Assembly: GCA_963715385.1 (NCBI GenBank)
Contig: OY970237.1
Coordinates: 2,334,610-2,398,609, forward strand
Reading direction: 5' to 3'
DNA length: 64,000 nucleotides
Source: an uncultured Solirubrobacteraceae bacterium
GTDB lineage: Bacteria; Actinomycetota; Thermoleophilia; Solirubrobacterales; Solirubrobacteraceae
Each line of letters opens with the position of its first letter. Position 1 is the first letter of the stretch. The notes beneath the pieces are model-generated. The model was not told where the DNA came from and did no database searches. It saw only the letters and a list, made by a program, of their open reading frames with translations. This document shows positions 8,555 through 17,962 of the stretch, one piece after another. The translations under genes and the position numbers were made by a program.

Positions 8555-9868
8555 ATGGGAAACCTTGCCCAGCAGCTGCGTGTACTGCGCCACCGCGACT
8601 TTCGCTACCTGTGGCTCGCCCAATCGGCGAGCGTGATCGGCGACTGCATCGTGATCGTCGCGCTGGCGCTGTTCGTGATCGAACTCACGGGCTCGGCGAC
8701 CGACCTCGGGCTGGTGCTGGCCGCCGCGAGTCTGCCACTGGTGGCGTTCCTGCTGATCGGCGGCGTGTGGGCGGATCGCCTCGCGCGCCATCGCGTGATG
8801 ATCGTGACCGATCTCGTGCGCTTCACGCTGCACGCGCTGCTCGCGGCGCTGATCTTCACCGGGGAGATCGAGATCTGGCAGCTGATCGTGATCGAGGCGC
8901 TGTTCGGCACGGCCGAGGCGTTCTTCCGCCCGGCCGCGAACGGGCTGCTCCCGCAGACGGTGCCCGAGACCGAGATCCAGGCGGCCAACGGGCTCAGCTC
9001 GCTGTCGAACAACATCGGCGAGTTCGCCGGACCGGCGCTCGCGACCGCGCTCGTCCTGGGGCTCGGCGCGGGTTGGGCGTTCGCGCTCGACGCGGGCACG
9101 TTCCTGCTCAGCGCCACCCTGCTCGCGCGTGTGCGCCCGCGCCGCCGGGCGACCGCGGCCGGCGCTGAAAGCACTATGGCCAAACGGCTCAGCGTGTGGA
9201 CCGACATTCGTGAGGGCTCGCGCGAGGTGCGCTCGCGCGCCTGGGTGTGGGCCACGCTCGCGGCGTTCTGCGCCGCCCTGTTCACCGCCCTGGCGCCGTG
9301 GTTCGTGCTCGGGCCGGTCGTCGCGCGCGAGCAGTACGGCGACATCGGCGTCTACGGGATCGTCGCCGCCGCGCTCGGCATCGGCACGATCGTCGGCTCG
9401 CTGTGGGGAACCGCCTGGCGCCCTCGCTACCCGATGCGTGCGGCGATGCTCGCGATCCTGCTATGGCCCGCCTCGGCGATCATGTACGCAGCAGGCGTGA
9501 CGCTCTTCGCCGTGATCCCCACGATCGTGATCGGCGGCATCGGCATCGCGCTGTTCGACGTGTGGTGGACGACGGCGCTGGCCGAGCGGATACCGCCCGC
9601 CAAGCTCTCGCGCGTCAGCTCCTATGACTGGATGGTCTCACTCGCGCTGCTGCCGCTCGGCTACGTGCTGGCCGGCCCGCTCGCGCACGCGCTGGGCGCG
9701 GTCGAGGTGCTGCTCGGCGGCTCGGCGCTCGGCTGCCTGGCGCTCGCCGCGGGGCTGCTGCCAAGGGAAACGCGGATGCTCGAGCGGCTCGACGACGGCG
9801 ATCACCCCGCCGGCGAGGCTCCGGCGGCAGCAGGCGAGCCGCTTCCCGGCTTCGCCCACTGGTCCTGA
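8555..9868 (+). CDS. MFS transporter (DHA3/MefA-like)
   Basis: LRHRDFRYLW, GGVWADRLARHR, about 12 hydrophobic segments. Confidence 0.88.
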   Translation: MGNLAQQLRVLRHRDFRYLWLAQSASVIGDCIVIVALALFVIELTGSATDLGLVLAAASLPLVAFLLIGGVWADRLARHRVMIVTDLVRFTLHALLAALIFTGEIEIWQLIVIEALFGTAEAFFRPAANGLLPQTVPETEIQAANGLSSLSNNIGEFAGPALATALVLGLGAGWAFALDAGTFLLSATLLARVRPRRRATAAGAESTMAKRLSVWTDIREGSREVRSRAWVWATLAAFCAALFTALAPWFVLGPVVAREQYGDIGVYGIVAAALGIGTIVGSLWGTAWRPRYPMRAAMLAILLWPASAIMYAAGVTLFAVIPTIVIGGIGIALFDVWWTTALAERIPPAKLSRVSSYDWMVSLALLPLGYVLAGPLAHALGAVEVLLGGSALGCLALAAGLLPRETRMLERLDDGDHPAGEAPAAAGEPLPGFAHWS

Positions 9869-9902
9869 ACATCCTCCGTGCGCTTTGGCGTAGGGTGGCG
9901 GG

Positions 9903-10973
9903 GTGGACTTCCTCGTTGCCAAGGACGACCTCCACCGCTGCAGGTTCTCCGAGGACCCGCCACCAGAGCTCGAGCCCGGCCAGGCGCTCCTGAGCGTCGA
10001 GCGCTTCGGTCTGACCTCGAACAACATCACCTACGCGATGTTCGGCGAGGCGATGTCCTACTGGAGCTTCTTTCCGGCGCCGGACGGCTGGGGCCGCGTG
10101 CCGATGTGGGGTTTTGCCGAGGTGACGGCGAGCCTGCAGGACGCGCTCGAGGTGGGCACCCGCATATATGGCTATTTGCCCCCTTCCAGCGAGCTCGTCG
10201 TCACCCCCGAGCGTGTCGGCGCCGGCGGCTTCGTGGACGCCTCCGCACATCGAGCAGCGCTACCGGCCGCCTACAACGGCTACGCGAACGTCACCGCCGA
10301 TCCGGTCTACGAGGCGGACTCCGAGGATCTGCAGATGCTGCTCCGGCCACTGTTCTTCACCTCGTACCTGATCGACGACTTCCTCGACGATGCCAAGATG
10401 TTCGGCGCCGGCAGCGTGATCCTCTCGAGCGCCTCGAGCAAGACGGCAAGCGCGCTGGCGTTCCTGCTCTCACACCGCGAGGGTGTCGAAGTCGTCGGCC
10501 TGACGTCATCCACGAGCGCCGACTTCACGCGCGGATTGGGCGTCTATGACCGCGTGCTCGCCTACGAGGAAATCGACGCGCTCGCCGACGGGACCGCCGT
10601 GTACGTCGACATGGCCGGTAACGCCGAGGTGCGAAACGCCGTCCACGGTCATCTCGGCGAGGCGCTCGCCCATTCGGCGGTCGTCGGGGCAACGCACCAC
10701 GACCAGAGGGGTGCGGTATCCGACTCGCTGCCCGGGGCGCCGCCAACGTTCTTCTTCGCACCTGACCGCATCGCCAAGCGCACGAAGGAGTGGGGACGCG
10801 ACGGCGTCGAACGCCGGATCGCCGATGCCTGGCGTCCTTACGCCGAGTGGGCCAGGGGCTGGCTCGAGGTGGTCGAGGGCAGCGGAACAGAGGAGCTGGA
10901 GCATGCCTACCTCGACCTTCTGGACGGGCGCATCGACCCGGCGAAGGCGCACGTGCTCTCGCTGACGCGCTAG
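9903..10973 (+). CDS. DUF2855-like protein (MDR-like fold)
   Basis: FGLTSNNITYA, YWSFFP, RVPMWGFA, LSSASSKTA. Confidence 0.75.
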   Translation: MDFLVAKDDLHRCRFSEDPPPELEPGQALLSVERFGLTSNNITYAMFGEAMSYWSFFPAPDGWGRVPMWGFAEVTASLQDALEVGTRIYGYLPPSSELVVTPERVGAGGFVDASAHRAALPAAYNGYANVTADPVYEADSEDLQMLLRPLFFTSYLIDDFLDDAKMFGAGSVILSSASSKTASALAFLLSHREGVEVVGLTSSTSADFTRGLGVYDRVLAYEEIDALADGTAVYVDMAGNAEVRNAVHGHLGEALAHSAVVGATHHDQRGAVSDSLPGAPPTFFFAPDRIAKRTKEWGRDGVERRIADAWRPYAEWARGWLEVVEGSGTEELEHAYLDLLDGRIDPAKAHVLSLTR

Positions 10974-11016
10974 CCGCTTGCACCGTCTCTGAGCGTCGCT
11001 CGCCGTTGGCCGGCGG

Positions 11017-11283
11017 TCAGCCGACCCGGGCGTGAGAATCGCTGGCGTGCGCCGCGACCGGCGCCCCGACCGCAGCCTCGACGGGCGCCGCGTGGACCGG
11101 CGTGGCCGGCGGCTGCGGCTGAGCGCTCAACGGCGCGTGCGTGTGCTCGCCGCTGAGCGTCTCCCTGAAGCCCCGCATCCCCGTCCCGAGCGAGCGTCCC
11201 ATCTCGGGAAGCCGCTTGGCTCCGAACACGAGCAGCAGCAGAATCAAGAGGAAGGCGATGTGAATTGGATTGTCAAGACCCAT
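11017..11283 (-). CDS. tatA: Twin-arginine translocase TatA/TatE subunit
   Basis: TM helix then FGAKRLPEMGRSLG.GMRGFR. Confidence 0.85.
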   Translation of the reverse strand: MGLDNPIHIAFLLILLLLVFGAKRLPEMGRSLGTGMRGFRETLSGEHTHAPLSAQPQPPATPVHAAPVEAAVGAPVAAHASDSHARVG

Positions 11284-11346
11284 TGTGTGAATCAACTCCC
11301 GAGGTTCGAGTTCCCATTCCCGGGCGGAAAAGGGAGATGTCTGAAC

Positions 11347-11382
11347 TACGCGGCGGCGCCGAGAACGGATCACCGGCGCCGT
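11347..11382 (-). promoter_or_regulatory. Candidate ECF promoter (GATCC-N16-CGTA) upstream of tatA
   Basis: ACGGCGCCGGTGATCC-N16-CGTA; same motif and spacing as 13007-13042. Confidence 0.55.
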
Positions 11383-11392
11383 CTTGCGGCGA

Positions 11393-12025
11393 CTATTCCT
11401 TGATCAGCGGGCCGGCCTTGGCCAGCACCTGTGCCTTCGTCAGCGGCACGTCGAAGCCACCCGTGGGGGTCGGGCTCTTGCCGATCAGCAAATCGATCGC
11501 CGCGGCGTGACGGGCCTCGATCTGCACGATGCTGCCTGCCGAGGCGAGCACATCCTTGCTCGAGATCGACGGCGCGGCGCCGTTGTATGCGCCGACGCCC
11601 GTGTTCTCGAGCACGGAGGCCAGTGCCAGATATGAGGCTTGGCTGCTGACCGGGAACACGAACTGCGGCTTCTTCACCGGCGTGCCCCCCAGCTGCTTGA
11701 TCGCGGCCGTGAGCGCCGCGACGTGCTCTGACTCCTGTTCGCCGAACATCTTGGCGTAGGACTTGGCCTGACCGCTGAGGTGGACTTCCTTGCCCTTGAC
11801 GTTGTAGAAGGCGGCCTCGAGGTACTCCAGGGTGAGCGCGAAGTTGAGGATTTCCGCGTCTCCGCCACCACCCTGCGCGAGCGCCTGCGATACGAACGGG
11901 CCGACCGACGCGGCGCCGTAGAAGGCTCCCGCCGCCAGCGCCCCGCGCAACAGGAAGCTGGAGCGGGTCATGCCGTCCACCTCACAGCCCGCCAGCTCGG
12001 GATTTGCAATCTCGTGATCAGTCAT
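11393..12025 (-). CDS. Ferritin-like domain protein with Tat-like signal
   Basis: TRSSFLLRGALAAG; ILNFALTLEYLEAAFY, E.EH, EARHAA diiron motifs. Confidence 0.85.
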   Translation of the reverse strand: MTDHEIANPELAGCEVDGMTRSSFLLRGALAAGAFYGAASVGPFVSQALAQGGGGDAEILNFALTLEYLEAAFYNVKGKEVHLSGQAKSYAKMFGEQESEHVAALTAAIKQLGGTPVKKPQFVFPVSSQASYLALASVLENTGVGAYNGAAPSISSKDVLASAGSIVQIEARHAAAIDLLIGKSPTPTGGFDVPLTKAQVLAKAGPLIKE

Positions 12026-12060
12026 GTCTTTGAATCCTCTCGTGACGTTTCAGTGAGCGA

Positions 12061-12768
12061 TTAGGGGAGAAACGGCTTGACGGCCGCCATCACCGTGGTC
12101 ATGTCTGCGGGCTTGGCAAAAGCCCCGTCTGGGGTGAGGGACTTCTTGACGAGCGTGCCCAGCGTCGCCGCGTGACGTGCCTCGACCGAGTGGATCGCGA
12201 GCGCGGTCGCGAGAACCGCGGGACTCTGGATCTTCGTCGCCTGGCCGAGGTAGGCGGCCGCCCCGAGGTTCTCCACCGTGTAGGCGAGCTCGGCGACCTG
12301 GTTGGCGTTGTCGATCGGGAATTTGCCTTCCGGGTTGGCGGCCGGGGTGCCGCCCATCTTCGTGACCGCGCCTTTGAGCGCTTCCACGTGCGTGGCCTCC
12401 TGACGAGCGAATTCCTTCAGCAGCGCTCCCACCTTGCCGCTGAATAGCCCGGCGGCCAGCACCTTCGCGTAGAACTCGGTCTCCAGGTACTCGAGCGTGA
12501 GCGCGTAGTTGAGAATCCCCACGTCGGTGGCATTCGCACTCGCCCTGCTCGTGCCCGCGGCGGCCGTCGAGGCGGTGCTGGAGCTACTGCTGCTGCTTCC
12601 GCAGGCCGCGAGCACAAATGCCCCGAAGCTCGCCGCGCCGGCGCCGCCGGCCATCTTCAGGAACCGCTTGCGATCGACGTCATCGCGCACGAGCCGCTCG
12701 ACGATCCCGACCGGCTGCGGCGGAGTGTCATCGGCTCTCGTGATTTCACCATCTGGTGGACTGGGCAT
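12061..12768 (-). CDS. Ferritin-like domain Tat lipoprotein
   Basis: DRKRFLK plus LAAC lipobox; ILNYALTLEYLETEFY, E..H, EARHAA; start uncertain. Confidence 0.85.
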   Translation of the reverse strand: MPSPPDGEITRADDTPPQPVGIVERLVRDDVDRKRFLKMAGGAGAASFGAFVLAACGSSSSSSSTASTAAAGTSRASANATDVGILNYALTLEYLETEFYAKVLAAGLFSGKVGALLKEFARQEATHVEALKGAVTKMGGTPAANPEGKFPIDNANQVAELAYTVENLGAAAYLGQATKIQSPAVLATALAIHSVEARHAATLGTLVKKSLTPDGAFAKPADMTTVMAAVKPFLP

Positions 12769-13006
12769 CTGGGACCTCCGTGTTGAGGACTTGGAACAGA
12801 CTTTGGACCCGAGGTCTGTTCATCTGGATCTCCGGCGACTGCCGGGCTCACCTACTTGCACTGCTTACGCGGCCACACCGGGCATGGATCACTCAGGCGA
12901 CTCGTGGCACGCGGCCAAACCCCACCGGCGCAGCGGGCGGATCGGTATACGCCCCGGCCGGGACCCGGCTCGCGCTCGCGTCTGCCGCGCCGGACGGCGC
13001 TCGCGC

Positions 13007-13042
13007 ACGGCGCCGGTGATCCAGGAGGCCCGTTCGCGCGTA
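13007..13042 (+). promoter_or_regulatory. Candidate autoregulatory ECF promoter (GATCC-N16-CGTA)
   Basis: ACGGCGCCGGTGATCC-N16-CGTA, 7-10 nt before TTG/ATG of the sigma gene. Confidence 0.55.
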
Positions 13043-13052
13043 CAGTCAGTTG

Positions 13053-13661
13053 ATGTCCCGCCTGCGGCGACCCAGCGCAGACTCGAAGGACAAGCTCAGA
13101 CGGCTTGCCGACGAGGAGCTCATGCAGCTGGTGGCCGGCAACGATGCCGACGCCTTCGAGGTCGTCCTCGAGCGCCATGCGGACGCCGCGTTCGCGCTGG
13201 CCTACCGCATGTGCGGCCGCCGGGCGGCCGCCGAGGACGTCGCGCAGGAGGCATTCCTGTCGATCTGGCGCAGCGGGGCCCGCTATGACCGCTCGCGCGG
13301 AAGCGTCCGCACCTGGACGCTGGGCATCGTGCACAATCGCGCGATCGACGCGCTGCGCAGAAGCAGCGTGCAGGAACGCCGCCGTGTCAGCGACGAGGGG
13401 ATCGAGGAAGGCATCGAGGCGCCCGAGCGGACGGACACCCAAGCGATGGACAATGCCACCTCACACGAGATCCGCGGGGCGCTCGGAGAGCTGCCGCCTG
13501 AGCAGCGGCGTGTGATCGAGCTCGCATACTTCGGCGGCTTCACGCACATCGAGATCGCATCGATGCTCGGCGCGCCCGTCGGGACCGTCAAGGGCCGCAT
13601 GCGCCTGGGGCTGCAGAAGCTTCGCGATCACCTGCACGACTGGGAGGCCATCGGCGCATGA
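13053..13661 (+). CDS. ECF sigma factor (SigK-like)
   Basis: AEDVAQEAFL.IWR region 2; ELAYFGG.TH.EIA...GTVKGRMR region 4. Confidence 0.9.
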   Translation: MSRLRRPSADSKDKLRRLADEELMQLVAGNDADAFEVVLERHADAAFALAYRMCGRRAAAEDVAQEAFLSIWRSGARYDRSRGSVRTWTLGIVHNRAIDALRRSSVQERRRVSDEGIEEGIEAPERTDTQAMDNATSHEIRGALGELPPEQRRVIELAYFGGFTHIEIASMLGAPVGTVKGRMRLGLQKLRDHLHDWEAIGA

Positions 13662-14374
13662 GCGTTGGCGAGCCGGGATTCGAGTGCCCCGAGTGCGTGG
13701 ACGCCGCTCCATATGTCCTCGGCGCGCTCTCAGACACAGAGCTGAGCGCGTATGAGCAGCACCTGCGGAGCTGCGAGGCGTGCCGTGCGCAGGTCGCCGA
13801 GCTGCAGATCGTGGCCGATGCGTTGCCGGCCAGCGCGCCGCCCGTGCTCGCCTCGAAGGAGCTGCGCGGGCGCGTGATGGCGACCGTGCGCTCGGAGGCG
13901 GAGCTGCTTCAGGCAGCCGGCCAAGAGGCTGACCGTCCGGCCAAGCCGGCGAGCCGCCTGCGCTCGCGGCGGCTGTCGCTGGCCGGCGCCGCGATCGCGG
14001 CCACCGTCGCGGTGGCCGTGGCGATCGCGATCGGGGTCGGCTCGTCCAATGACGAACACGTGACCTCCGCGCAACACATCGCCGCGAGCGCGCCGGGCGC
14101 CCGCGCGGCTCTGCGCCAGCGCGGCGGGCGGGCCGAGCTGGTCGTCTCCGGTATGCCACAGCCCCCGCGCGGGAAGATCTACGAGGTCTGGCTGAGCCGC
14201 GGCGCGGGCTCGGCGGAGCCAACGGATGCGCTGTTCAGCGTGACGAGCCGCGGAAGGGGCGCGGTGGCCGTCCCCAAGAGCCTGCACGGGGTCAAGGAAG
14301 TGATGGTCACGAGCGAGCCGCTCGGCGGCAGCTCGCAACCCACGAGCCCGCCGCTGATCCGCGTCGTCCTCTAG
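13658..14374 (+). CDS. Anti-sigma factor (ZAS zinc motif plus RskA-like domain)
   Basis: HLRSCEAC HxxxCxxC; single TM; KIYEVWL, VMVTSEP; ATGA overlap with sigma. Confidence 0.85.
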   Translation: MSVGEPGFECPECVDAAPYVLGALSDTELSAYEQHLRSCEACRAQVAELQIVADALPASAPPVLASKELRGRVMATVRSEAELLQAAGQEADRPAKPASRLRSRRLSLAGAAIAATVAVAVAIAIGVGSSNDEHVTSAQHIAASAPGARAALRQRGGRAELVVSGMPQPPRGKIYEVWLSRGAGSAEPTDALFSVTSRGRGAVAVPKSLHGVKEVMVTSEPLGGSSQPTSPPLIRVVL

Positions 14375-15168
14375 CTCTCCCCGGTCTCGGCGCGGGCATT
14401 GCGCACGAGCCGCCGCATGCCCTCGAGCCAGCGTTCGGGGTCGGCTCCCTTGAGCGCCATGTGCCGCGCGACCTCCTCGTGCGGCAGGATCAGGAAGCGC
14501 TCCTCGCGCATCCCCGCGACGAGCGCCTCGGCGACGTCCTCGGGTTCGATCAGCCCGCCGGCTGTCAACGCCGCGGCTCCCGCCGGCTCCTGCATCGCCA
14601 GGTCGAGCATCGGCGTGCGCACGCCCTGCGGGCAGATGCAGGAGACGCGCACGCCCGCGTCGCGGTATTCGATCGCCAGCCACTCGGCCAGCGAGACGGC
14701 CGCGTGCTTGGTGACGCTGTAGACGAGCGAGGAGACCTGCGTGAGCACGCCCGCGGCGGAGGCGGTGTTGATCAGATAGCCCTCTCCCCGCTCGAGCATC
14801 TCGGGCAAGAGCGCCCGGGCAGCCCACACGTGTGCCATCACATTCACGCGCCAGGCCTCATCCCAGGCATCCTCGGCGGCCTCCGGGCCGCCCATCGCGC
14901 CGGGCACGCCGGCGTTCGAGATGAACACGTCGACCGGCCCGTTGGCGTCCGTCGCGGTGGCGATCAGCGCGCGCACGCTGCTCTCGTTACCGGCGTCGAG
15001 CTCGACAGCCAGCCCGCCGAGCTCGCCGGCAACCGCACGCGCTCCCTCGGCGTCGCGGTCGGCCACTACGACCGCCCGCGCCCCCTCCTGCGCGATCCGC
15101 CGGGCGAGCGCTCCGCCGATGCCCCCGGCGGCCCCGGTGATCACCACATGACGTTCTGTCAACTCCAT
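14371..15168 (-). CDS. Short-chain dehydrogenase/reductase
   Basis: TGAAGGIG, SNAG, YSVTK. Confidence 0.88.
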   Translation of the reverse strand: MELTERHVVITGAAGGIGGALARRIAQEGARAVVVADRDAEGARAVAGELGGLAVELDAGNESSVRALIATATDANGPVDVFISNAGVPGAMGGPEAAEDAWDEAWRVNVMAHVWAARALLPEMLERGEGYLINTASAAGVLTQVSSLVYSVTKHAAVSLAEWLAIEYRDAGVRVSCICPQGVRTPMLDLAMQEPAGAAALTAGGLIEPEDVAEALVAGMREERFLILPHEEVARHMALKGADPERWLEGMRRLVRNARAETGES

Positions 15169-15189
15169 TGGGCGTACTCTATTTGAGCC

Positions 15190-15951
15190 ATGACCGCTGA
15201 GGCCACCGCCACAGGGTCGTCCCTCGCGCCCGTCTGGGGCGAGTTGCGATACGGCCGAGAGCTTGCCCGGCTGCTGGCGGACGGCGACTTCCGCGCGGCC
15301 CGCCGTTCGGGCGCCGCCCAGCCGGTATTCCTGATACCGGGGTTCATGGCCGGCGACGCATCGCTGACCGTCATGCGGCAATGGTTGCGCCGCCGCGGGC
15401 ACCGCACGCGCATGAGCGGGACGCTCGTCAACGTCGGCTGCGCCGAGCGGCTGGTCAGGCGCATGGACGAGCAGCTGCGGGAGTTCGCCGCGGACTGCGG
15501 GCAGCCCGTGACGGTCATCGGGCAGAGCCGCGGCGGGGCGCTCGCGCGCTCGCTGGCAGTGCGCAACCCAGAGATCGTCGCGGGGATCGTGATGCTGGGC
15601 TCCCCCGTCCGCGACGGGCTGGCGGTCTCGCCGCCGGTGTTGCGAACGGTTCGCTGGCTGGCCCTGCTCGGGGACCTGGGGGTGCCGGGCGTGTTCTCGA
15701 GCACCTGCAAGGACGGCCTCTGCTGCGCCGCCTTTCGCGAGGATCTGCGCGCCCCGCTGCCCGACGGGACGAGCGCGATCTCCGTGTACTCGCGCAGCGA
15801 TGGGATCGTCGACTGGCGCGCCTGCATCGACCCGCATGCAAAGCCGGTCGAGGTCGACTCGAGCCATTGCGGGATGTCGGTCAACCTCGACGTCTACCGA
15901 GCGCTCGAGCACTCGCTCGCGCGCCCACGGGAGGCCTCATGGAGTGGATGA
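15190..15951 (+). CDS. Alpha/beta hydrolase (lipase/esterase-like)
   Basis: IPGF oxyanion motif; GQSRGG nucleophile; DGIVD; SSH. Confidence 0.8.
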   Translation: MTAEATATGSSLAPVWGELRYGRELARLLADGDFRAARRSGAAQPVFLIPGFMAGDASLTVMRQWLRRRGHRTRMSGTLVNVGCAERLVRRMDEQLREFAADCGQPVTVIGQSRGGALARSLAVRNPEIVAGIVMLGSPVRDGLAVSPPVLRTVRWLALLGDLGVPGVFSSTCKDGLCCAAFREDLRAPLPDGTSAISVYSRSDGIVDWRACIDPHAKPVEVDSSHCGMSVNLDVYRALEHSLARPREASWSG

Positions 15952-17384
15952 GCCCGATCGACTCCTCGTTTCTGCACATCGAGAACGAGACGACCCCGAT
16001 GCACATCGGCGGGGTCAGCATCTTCGAGGGTCCGCCGCCGCCGTTCGAGCAGCTGCGCGAGATGGTCGCCGGCAAGCTGGACCTCGTTCCGCGCTACCGG
16101 CAGAAGGTCCGGTCCGTGCCGCTCGCCGCCGGCCCCCCAGCATGGATCGACGATCCTCATTTCAATCTCGATTACCACATCCGGCACACCGCGATCCCGG
16201 CTCCCGGCAGCGAGGCGCAGCTGCGGCAGATGGCCAGCCGCGTGTTCTCCGGAGCGCTCGACCGCGACAAGCCCCTGTGGGAGCTGTGGATGGTCGAGGC
16301 GCTGGACGGCGGCCGCTGGGCGCTGTTGTCGAAGGTCCATCACTGCATGGTCGACGGCGTCGCCGCGACCGACCTGATGTCGATGATGTTCTCCGACACG
16401 ACCACCCGCGCATCCGCGCGCGAGTGGTCTGCGCCCGCGGAGCCATCGGGGCTTGACCTGCTGATCCAGACGCTCGCGCGGCGGGTGAGCCCGGGCGGGC
16501 AGCTGGATGCCCTGCGGCGGGCGCTGCGCACGCCCGCGGATACGCTGCGATCGGCCGGCGAGCTCGCACGTGGAGCGCTGTCGGCCGGGCGCAGCCTGCG
16601 CCCCGTGGCCGCCTCCTCGCTGACCGGCCCGATCGGCCCACACAGACGCTGGAGCTGGGCAGAGCTGCGCCTGAGCGACGTCAAGTCGGTTCGCGCGGAG
16701 CTGGGCGGCACGGTCAACGACGTCGTCTTGACCGTCATCACCAACGGGTTCCGCAGCCTGCTGCACGCTCGCGGCGAGCCGGTGCTCGAGGAGCGGGTGA
16801 TCCGCACGATGGTCCCCGTCTCCGTCCGCAGACGTGGGGAGAAGGGCATCTACAACAACCGCGTCACGGCCGTCTTCGCGAGCCTGCCCGTCGGGTTGCT
16901 CGATCCGAAGCAGCGGCTGGCGGCGATTCGCGCGGAGATGGACGGGATCAAGCAGTCCAAGCAGGCCATCGCCGGAGACGTGCTCTCGTCGATGTCGGGG
17001 TACGCGCCACCGCTGCTGCTCGCGCTGGGGAGCCGGCTGGTCACGCTCTCACCGCGCCTGAACATGCACACGGCCACGACCAACGTCCCCGGTCCCCAGC
17101 AGCCGGTGCAGACGCTCGGCCGGCGAATGCTCCAGTCCTACCCGTTCGTGCCAGTCGTCGGCTCGATCCGGATCGTCGTGGCGATCTTCTCCTACGACGG
17201 CGGCCTCTACTTCGGGGTCACCGGCGACTACGACGGTGCGCCGGACATCGACGTGCTGACGAGCGGCATCGAGGCGGGCATGGACGACCTGCTGGCACTT
17301 GTCTCCCCGCCGAAGCGCACGCGCCGCACGAGTCCCAAGGTCTCCCGGCAGATGCCGCTTCAGGCGAAATCGGTCACGGTGTAG
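15939..17384 (+). CDS. Wax ester synthase/diacylglycerol acyltransferase
   Basis: HHCMVDG catalytic motif, PMHIG, TNVPGP. Confidence 0.92.
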   Translation: MEWMSPIDSSFLHIENETTPMHIGGVSIFEGPPPPFEQLREMVAGKLDLVPRYRQKVRSVPLAAGPPAWIDDPHFNLDYHIRHTAIPAPGSEAQLRQMASRVFSGALDRDKPLWELWMVEALDGGRWALLSKVHHCMVDGVAATDLMSMMFSDTTTRASAREWSAPAEPSGLDLLIQTLARRVSPGGQLDALRRALRTPADTLRSAGELARGALSAGRSLRPVAASSLTGPIGPHRRWSWAELRLSDVKSVRAELGGTVNDVVLTVITNGFRSLLHARGEPVLEERVIRTMVPVSVRRRGEKGIYNNRVTAVFASLPVGLLDPKQRLAAIRAEMDGIKQSKQAIAGDVLSSMSGYAPPLLLALGSRLVTLSPRLNMHTATTNVPGPQQPVQTLGRRMLQSYPFVPVVGSIRIVVAIFSYDGGLYFGVTGDYDGAPDIDVLTSGIEAGMDDLLALVSPPKRTRRTSPKVSRQMPLQAKSVTV

Positions 17385-17674
17385 ACGGGCCGCCCCACGA
17401 GCGTGGGGGCGTCAAGACCGTCGCCCGTGTGCACGACGAACGGCTCCTCGCGCCCGTGGTCGAGGATCGCGAACACGACCTCTCCCCCGTGCGGCAACGG
17501 CCTGCCGACCTCGATCTCGCAGTCGCTGCCCTCGAAGCGGCAGTCCAGCTTGAAGATGCGCCGCGGCTTGGCCGCGCAGCCGACGGCGATCTGCGAGCGC
17601 TCGCGCAACTCGCTGTAGGCCGCCTCCAGTCCTTTGCTGTCGCACTCGACGCCGGTCAGGAAGAAGCGCGTCAC
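17360..17674 (-). CDS. Hypothetical protein (104 aa)
   Basis: Protein-like composition; GTG overlaps the stop of the upstream small ORF (GTGA). Confidence 0.6.
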   Translation of the reverse strand: MTRFFLTGVECDSKGLEAAYSELRERSQIAVGCAAKPRRIFKLDCRFEGSDCEIEVGRPLPHGGEVVFAILDHGREEPFVVHTGDGLDAPTLVGRPVYTVTDFA

Positions 17675-17838
17675 CTGCGCCGGCCCTTGGACGGCTCCTT
17701 GTGGGGTCGCGGAGGAAAGCGCTTGCGCTCCTGCGCCGTCATCTTCCGGATCTTCAGCGAGCCGTCTTTCAACTGGCGCTGGATCTCCTCGAGCTTCACA
17801 CGGCGCTTCTCAGCGGCGCGATCTGCCTGTGTGAGCAT
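17671..17838 (-). CDS. Small basic protein (55 aa), absent from ORF track
   Basis: MLTQADRAAEKRRVKLEEIQRQLKDGSLKIRKMTAQERKRFPPRPHKEPSKGRRR; coupled to next gene. Confidence 0.6.
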   Translation of the reverse strand: MLTQADRAAEKRRVKLEEIQRQLKDGSLKIRKMTAQERKRFPPRPHKEPSKGRRR

Positions 17839-17962
17839 CTATCAAGGGTAGCGCGTCAGCCGGGGGCGCCCGGCAACGGGGGCGCGGGACGCTCGTGAAT
17901 GAGAGTATCCCGGCATCCTCGGCGAGCCCGCCCGAGCACGATCACCGTCCAAGGAGCCAAAC

